Below, one piece after another: positions 58,647-64,000 of a DNA stretch of 64,000 nt (its first letter is position 1; each line of letters starts with the position of its first letter). The DNA lies in NCBI GenBank assembly GCA_965207065.1, contig OZ242260.1:3296001-3360000 (forward strand), given 5' to 3'. The DNA is from a bacterium (GTDB lineage Bacteria > UBA8248). The notes below the pieces were generated by a model, which worked only from the letters and a program-made list of their open reading frames with translations, did no database searches and was not told the origin of the DNA. The translations under genes and the position numbers were made by a program.

Positions 58647-58679
58647 CGATAAAAACCATCCCATTGGAACTTCACTTGA

Positions 58680-59036
<357 letters not shown>

Positions 59037-59048
59037 CGATATCTTCCG

Positions 59049-61790
59049 ATGACGCCATCTCTCAACCATTTATTAAAACTTCAAAACGATATTCGAGAAA
59101 CTACTCTTGCCGCCAGCGGGTGGGAACGAAGCGGATTTCTCCGTTACATCAAGGAGTCGTACGCACAGGCGGGCGAACATATATGCAATGCGCAGCATGA
59201 GGGCGCGGGTGGATACGAGTTGTGTAAAGCCCATGCGAATTTCATGGATGCTTATATTGCTCAAGTTTATGCGTACGCTTTGGAGGGAGAAAGGAGAAAA
59301 TCCGGCCAAGACGATCAGGCGTTTTCATGCACTCTGGTAGCGATTGGCGGATATGGGCGAGGGGAATTGTCTCCTGGCTCGGATATTGACCTGTTGTTTC
59401 TATTTTCAGGACATGAGGGACAAATCAGTGAATTGATACGCTCTGTCTTGTATCTGATGTGGGATGCAGGTCTAACGATAGGTCATAGCGCCAGAACCAT
59501 TTCTAATTGTCTGAAAATTGCCAAGGAAGATTACCAAAGCGAAACCGCCATGCTGGAGAATCGTTTATTGGCGGGCAGCAAAGAAGTTTTCCGTGAATTC
59601 AATAAAAAATTTGATAGTTATCTACAGCGTGTCGCGAAAAGTTCTCATCTTCGAAATCGCCTTGAAGAGCGAATGAGACGATACCGCTCATGGGACCCAT
59701 CGGTTTATGTACTGGAGCCGAACGTCAAGGAAAGCGCGGGGGGCTTGCGGGATTTCCATGCCGTCTGTTGGTTGGCCAAGGCTTTTGGCTTGAAGGAAAT
59801 AGACGAAATATGGCGCAAGGGCTGGGTGCCCCAAGCCGAGTTCGAAAAAGCGATGAAAGCGTATGATTTTCTCCTTCGGATCCGAGCCCAACTTCACATC
59901 CGCGCAAAAACTAAAAATGATATGCTGAATTTTCCGGCGCAAGCCGAGATCGCTCCCGCGTTGGGTTATGCAGACGAAGAAAGCGCTCTGGCCAGCGAGT
60001 GCTTGATGCGCGATTACTTCTTGCATGCCAGAGACCTGCACATTTTTTGCCGTGATTTTTTTGAAAGCCTAGAAGACCATCTGAAGAGCAGAAGATGGGT
60101 CAACAGAAAACCCAGGTTCCAACCCCTCGAAGATGGATTGGCTTTGCAGGACTACCATTCGCTCGTTCTGGATGAATCCAATTCTGAAGCAATCCTTGAA
60201 AATCCTACGGGCCTGATGAAGATCTTCGAGTGTCAATATCGCTTCGGGTGCCGTTTATCCCCGAACGTAAGGAACTTTGTTCGAGTCCACCTGGATACCG
60301 TCGATGATAATTTTCGCTCTTCGCCGGATGTAAGGGACAGCTTCTTGCGGATATTGAGCGGTAAGGCCGGGGTGACGACTACGATGCACGAAATGCACGG
60401 CCTCGGTCTGTTGGGGCGTTATATCCCTGAGTTTGAGCCTTTGACGTGTTTCGTCCAGTACGATCATTACCATCGATATACTGCAGATGAACATACTTTG
60501 TTGACCCTGGCGGCATTGGATGAGCTCACATATACGAAAGACGTGTCCTTGCAACAAGTGGCCCACATTCACCGAGAGATGGAGCGCACCAACATATTAA
60601 GGCTTGCGCTTTTGTTTCACGATATCGGAAAGGCTAGGGGGCCGAGGCATGTGCACAAGAGTTCATCCGCGCTCCCCGATATCATAATGCGCATGGGCCT
60701 GCCGGCGGACCAGGGGAGCATCATCGAATTTCTGGTGGCTTGCCATATTGAAATGAGCATTACGGCTGAAAGACGCGATATCGACGATCCTGTCCTGATC
60801 AGCAATTTCGCCGATAAAATGGAAACGGTCGAAAGGCTTCAAATGCTGTATCTATTGACGTATGCAGATATTTCTGCCGTAGCTCCCGGCATATGGAATG
60901 AATGGCGAAGCGCTTTAATTTATGAACTGTACAAGCGAGTGCTCAGGGTGATGGAAACCGGAGAGGATTTGTATAGGAGAAAGCGCAAGGGAGACATCAT
61001 AGAGCAGGTGAGTTTGGAAGCGAGAGCGGGAGGAAGCTGGGTAGATCGCGAGGATATCGTCGGACATATGGAATCTATGCCGGAAAGATATCGCACCGGG
61101 ACTTCGCCGCAAGGTATCCTGCGCCATATTGAGCTTGGTGCCCGCATTTCAGAAGAAACGATATGCGAGATAGATATCACGCATCGCAGGAGGCGGGGAC
61201 ATACGCTCTTAACGCTTTTCTGCAAGGATCAACTTGGATTGTTCGCGCTAGTCGCAGGCGCATTTGCAGTGTATGAACTCAATATTCTGGATGCGAAAGT
61301 ATATACGCGCGAAGATGGTTTGGTGATAGATACGTTTGAGGTAGTGGATGCCGATGGAAAGGCCGTCGTCGACGAAGGGCTATGGAAAAAATTCCGGAAA
61401 TCGCTGGAAGAATTACTATCGGGAAAACTGGGTTTGTCGGAATTCTTGGGACGGAGCAAAAAATATCTGCGCTTGAAGAAACGGATGTCGTTCGATCTAC
61501 CGATACTGGTCGAATTCGACCAGACGGCGAGTGAGGACGCGACAGTTCTGGAGGTCGTAGCGCCCGATAGATACGGCCTTCTGGCGCAAATCGCTCAATT
61601 TTTTGCGCAAGAAGGCATATCCATATCCCGTGCCAAAATTACCACGGAAGGCCAATGCGCTGTGGATGCTTTCTACATCACGGACGACAACGGTCGAAAA
61701 TTAGAAGATACGACCAGACTGAAGGAGTTGTGCGGAAATCTTAGCGAAATCCTGGAGGAAGGACGCCCGGTTGGCGTCATCATGTCATAA
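59049..61790 (+). CDS. glnD: [Protein-PII] uridylyltransferase
   Basis: AIGGYGRGEL.P.SDID, LEPNVKE..GGLRD, HD domain (YHRYTADEH, FHDIGK), two C-terminal ACT domains. Confidence 0.96.
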   Translation: MTPSLNHLLKLQNDIRETTLAASGWERSGFLRYIKESYAQAGEHICNAQHEGAGGYELCKAHANFMDAYIAQVYAYALEGERRKSGQDDQAFSCTLVAIGGYGRGELSPGSDIDLLFLFSGHEGQISELIRSVLYLMWDAGLTIGHSARTISNCLKIAKEDYQSETAMLENRLLAGSKEVFREFNKKFDSYLQRVAKSSHLRNRLEERMRRYRSWDPSVYVLEPNVKESAGGLRDFHAVCWLAKAFGLKEIDEIWRKGWVPQAEFEKAMKAYDFLLRIRAQLHIRAKTKNDMLNFPAQAEIAPALGYADEESALASECLMRDYFLHARDLHIFCRDFFESLEDHLKSRRWVNRKPRFQPLEDGLALQDYHSLVLDESNSEAILENPTGLMKIFECQYRFGCRLSPNVRNFVRVHLDTVDDNFRSSPDVRDSFLRILSGKAGVTTTMHEMHGLGLLGRYIPEFEPLTCFVQYDHYHRYTADEHTLLTLAALDELTYTKDVSLQQVAHIHREMERTNILRLALLFHDIGKARGPRHVHKSSSALPDIIMRMGLPADQGSIIEFLVACHIEMSITAERRDIDDPVLISNFADKMETVERLQMLYLLTYADISAVAPGIWNEWRSALIYELYKRVLRVMETGEDLYRRKRKGDIIEQVSLEARAGGSWVDREDIVGHMESMPERYRTGTSPQGILRHIELGARISEETICEIDITHRRRRGHTLLTLFCKDQLGLFALVAGAFAVYELNILDAKVYTREDGLVIDTFEVVDADGKAVVDEGLWKKFRKSLEELLSGKLGLSEFLGRSKKYLRLKKRMSFDLPILVEFDQTASEDATVLEVVAPDRYGLLAQIAQFFAQEGISISRAKITTEGQCAVDAFYITDDNGRKLEDTTRLKELCGNLSEILEEGRPVGVIMS

Positions 61791-61872
61791 CAAAGCCTTA
61801 GGGGCTGAACAAATCCCGGTTTTGTGCGGATAATTTCTTACAAAACCACAATTCCGTATGGAGGAGTAACAG

Positions 61873-63285
61873 ATGGTTGCAGATGTCTTGAAGCTAGCTA
61901 AGGAAAGTGGCGCTAAAATAGTTGACTATCGTTTCATAGACATGCCTGGCATGTGGCAGCATTTCTCAGCGCACATCGATACGCTTGAGGAAGATACCTT
62001 CGAGGAAGGTGTTGGCTTCGACGGCTCGAGCATTCGGGGATTTCAAAGCATCGATCAAAGCGACATGCTCCTCATTCCGGATCCAACGACCGCTTTCATC
62101 GACCCGTTCATGAAAATTCCTACCCTGGTCCTTATCTGCGACATCAAGGATCCGGTTACGCTCGAGCTCTACGATCGCGACCCGCGGCATATCGCCATCA
62201 AAGCAGAGCAGTACATGAAGTCTACCGGTGTCGGGGATGTCGCTTATTTCGGTCCCGAAGCCGAGTTTTTCGTGTTCGACGATGTGCGCTATTCGGGTTC
62301 GGAAAATCACGCTTTCTACGAGGTCGATTCGTCTGAGGCTGCCTGGAACACAGGTGCTAACGAAGATCCGAACCTCGGCCACAAGAACCGCTACAAAGAA
62401 GGCTATTTCCCCGTACCCCCCAACGACACGCTCCAGGACGTCCGCTCGGAGATGATGCTGACAATGCTGGATTGTGGCGTCGAGTGTGAAGTGCATCATC
62501 ATGAAGTGGCCTCCGCCGGGCAATGTGAAATCGATATTCGATTCGACACCCTGGTGACAACGGCGGATAAGCTGATGAAGTACAAGTACATCGTCAAGAA
62601 CGTGGCGAGAAAGCACGGAAAGACGGCGACCTTCATGCCGAAACCCGTTTTCCTAGACAACGGCACCGGGATGCACTGCCACCAGAGCATCTGGAAGGAT
62701 GGCAAGAACATCATGTATCGCGCTGGAACTTATGGCGATCTGAGCCCTGACGCGCTTTACTACATCGGTGGCTTGTTGAAGCATGCGCCTGCGTTGTTGG
62801 CTTTCACCAACCCGACGACGAACAGCTACCGCCGCTTGGTTCCTGGCTATGAGGCGCCGATCAACTTGATCTATAGCTGCCGCAACAGGAGCGCGTGTGT
62901 ACGCATTCCAATGTATTCCTCAAGCGAGAAGGCCAAGAGGGTCGAATTCCGTTGCCCGGATCCCTCATGCAATCCCTATATGGCCTTCGCCGCGATGTTG
63001 ATGGCTGGTCTGGATGGTATTCAGAATAAAATCATGCCGCCCGAGCCAATCGACAAGAATCTCTACGATCTTGGTCCCGAAGAAAAAGGAAGCGTGCAAC
63101 AGACGCCTGGTAGCCTACCCGAAGCTCTGGACGCGCTTGAGGCTGACTATGAGTTCTTGTTGAATGGCGACGTGTTTACAAAGGATGTCATCGATAACTG
63201 GATCGAATACAAGCGTGAAGAGGAAGTGGATGCGATTCGCCTGCGCCCGCATCCCCACGAATTCCACCTCTACTATGACATTTAA
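61873..63285 (+). CDS. glnA: Glutamine synthetase type I
   Basis: [37 protein letters not shown], adenylylation motif KNLYD. Confidence 0.98.
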   Translation: MVADVLKLAKESGAKIVDYRFIDMPGMWQHFSAHIDTLEEDTFEEGVGFDGSSIRGFQSIDQSDMLLIPDPTTAFIDPFMKIPTLVLICDIKDPVTLELYDRDPRHIAIKAEQYMKSTGVGDVAYFGPEAEFFVFDDVRYSGSENHAFYEVDSSEAAWNTGANEDPNLGHKNRYKEGYFPVPPNDTLQDVRSEMMLTMLDCGVECEVHHHEVASAGQCEIDIRFDTLVTTADKLMKYKYIVKNVARKHGKTATFMPKPVFLDNGTGMHCHQSIWKDGKNIMYRAGTYGDLSPDALYYIGGLLKHAPALLAFTNPTTNSYRRLVPGYEAPINLIYSCRNRSACVRIPMYSSSEKAKRVEFRCPDPSCNPYMAFAAMLMAGLDGIQNKIMPPEPIDKNLYDLGPEEKGSVQQTPGSLPEALDALEADYEFLLNGDVFTKDVIDNWIEYKREEEVDAIRLRPHPHEFHLYYDI

Positions 63286-63321
63286 ATTTTGGTGTCACCG
63301 ATTCTGAGTTGCCGAGTATAG

Positions 63322-63361
63322 AAAACCCCCTCGAGTAGATTATTTCTCGAGGGGGTTTTTT
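63322..63361. terminator. Bidirectional terminator after glnA
   Basis: AAAACCCCCTCGAG/CTCGAGGGGGTTTT. Confidence 0.85.
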
Positions 63362-63430
63362 ATCGTATCGGAATAAATGTTTCATTTCAGACTTGTGCTG
63401 ATGGGTTTCCTTCTTTGCAAACAGGGATGT

Positions 63431-64000
63431 TTACTGGCTTCGTGCGATGAGCACGTCAGGAACGATAATCGCAAAAACATCGCGCGGACCATGCACACCT
63501 TTGATGAGAGTCAGAGCGATGTCGGCCGAACGACTAGGTCCCGTGATGATGTTCACGCAACTGGCCGAATGGCCTTCTTCTTGCTTGAATACGCTTTCGA
63601 GCTCAGGACCCAGTGAGGAAATATGCGGCAATATGTTATTTGCGGGAACAAGAGCCAGGTGAGTTTCCGGAAGTAAGGAATGAAGACGCGGATGGCCCGG
63701 TCCGCTCCGCAAGACGATGCTGCCTGTTTCCGCAATCGCCCAGTCGCAACCCGTGATCCCGATGCCGCAGCGGGCGATGGCATCTCGATTATCCCCGTCA
63801 ATCGATGGGGAAATCACGTCGAAACCTTCTTCCATGAGCCAACCGGCTACTTCAACCGGAAGGCCATCGCTGATGGCAACGGGGTATTCTTTCCATTTCG
63901 CCGCCATGTTAAGGACATATTCCCGGATGTCATCGATGGAACTTGGTTGTAGAGCGGGGTTCGCCACCGCTTCGAACTCTGTAGCGAAACGTACGACGGT
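63431..64000 (-). CDS. LUD-domain protein (LutC/YkgG family), 5' end outside window
   Basis: GITG...IAETGS, R..SLLP..H, ITGPSRSADI...GVHGP; frame is open to position 64000. Confidence 0.9.
   Translation of the reverse strand, partial: TVVRFATEFEAVANPALQPSSIDDIREYVLNMAAKWKEYPVAISDGLPVEVAGWLMEEGFDVISPSIDGDNRDAIARCGIGITGCDWAIAETGSIVLRSGPGHPRLHSLLPETHLALVPANNILPHISSLGPELESVFKQEEGHSASCVNIITGPSRSADIALTLIKGVHGPRDVFAIIVPDVLIARSQ

Overview
A bacterial chromosomal or MAG segment with two compositionally different halves. The left half (1 to ~35 kb) is GC-rich and accessory. It holds TRAP/TAXI transporters, an ATP-citrate-lyase-like SucCD pair, PhoX behind a Pho-box-like promoter, flavin enzymes and many GTAG-type REP/REPIN palindromes. 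It also has two toxin-antitoxin loci with a dead toxin and intact antitoxin (hicAB, brnTA) and several low-GC inserts. The best candidate for a new system is a ~2 kb low-GC cassette of two genes (AbiJ-NTD/HEPN-like and YafO-like) bracketed by an inverted pair of one REP type seen nowhere else in the window. The right half (~35.3-64 kb) is more AT-rich, has no REPs that I could find, and carries core genes: tRNA-Gln, gltX, an AsmA-like protein, ftsK, trxA, an ispH-ubiA fusion, a PxxKW protein and glnB-glnD-glnA. All family calls come from motif recognition by eye; no searches were run.
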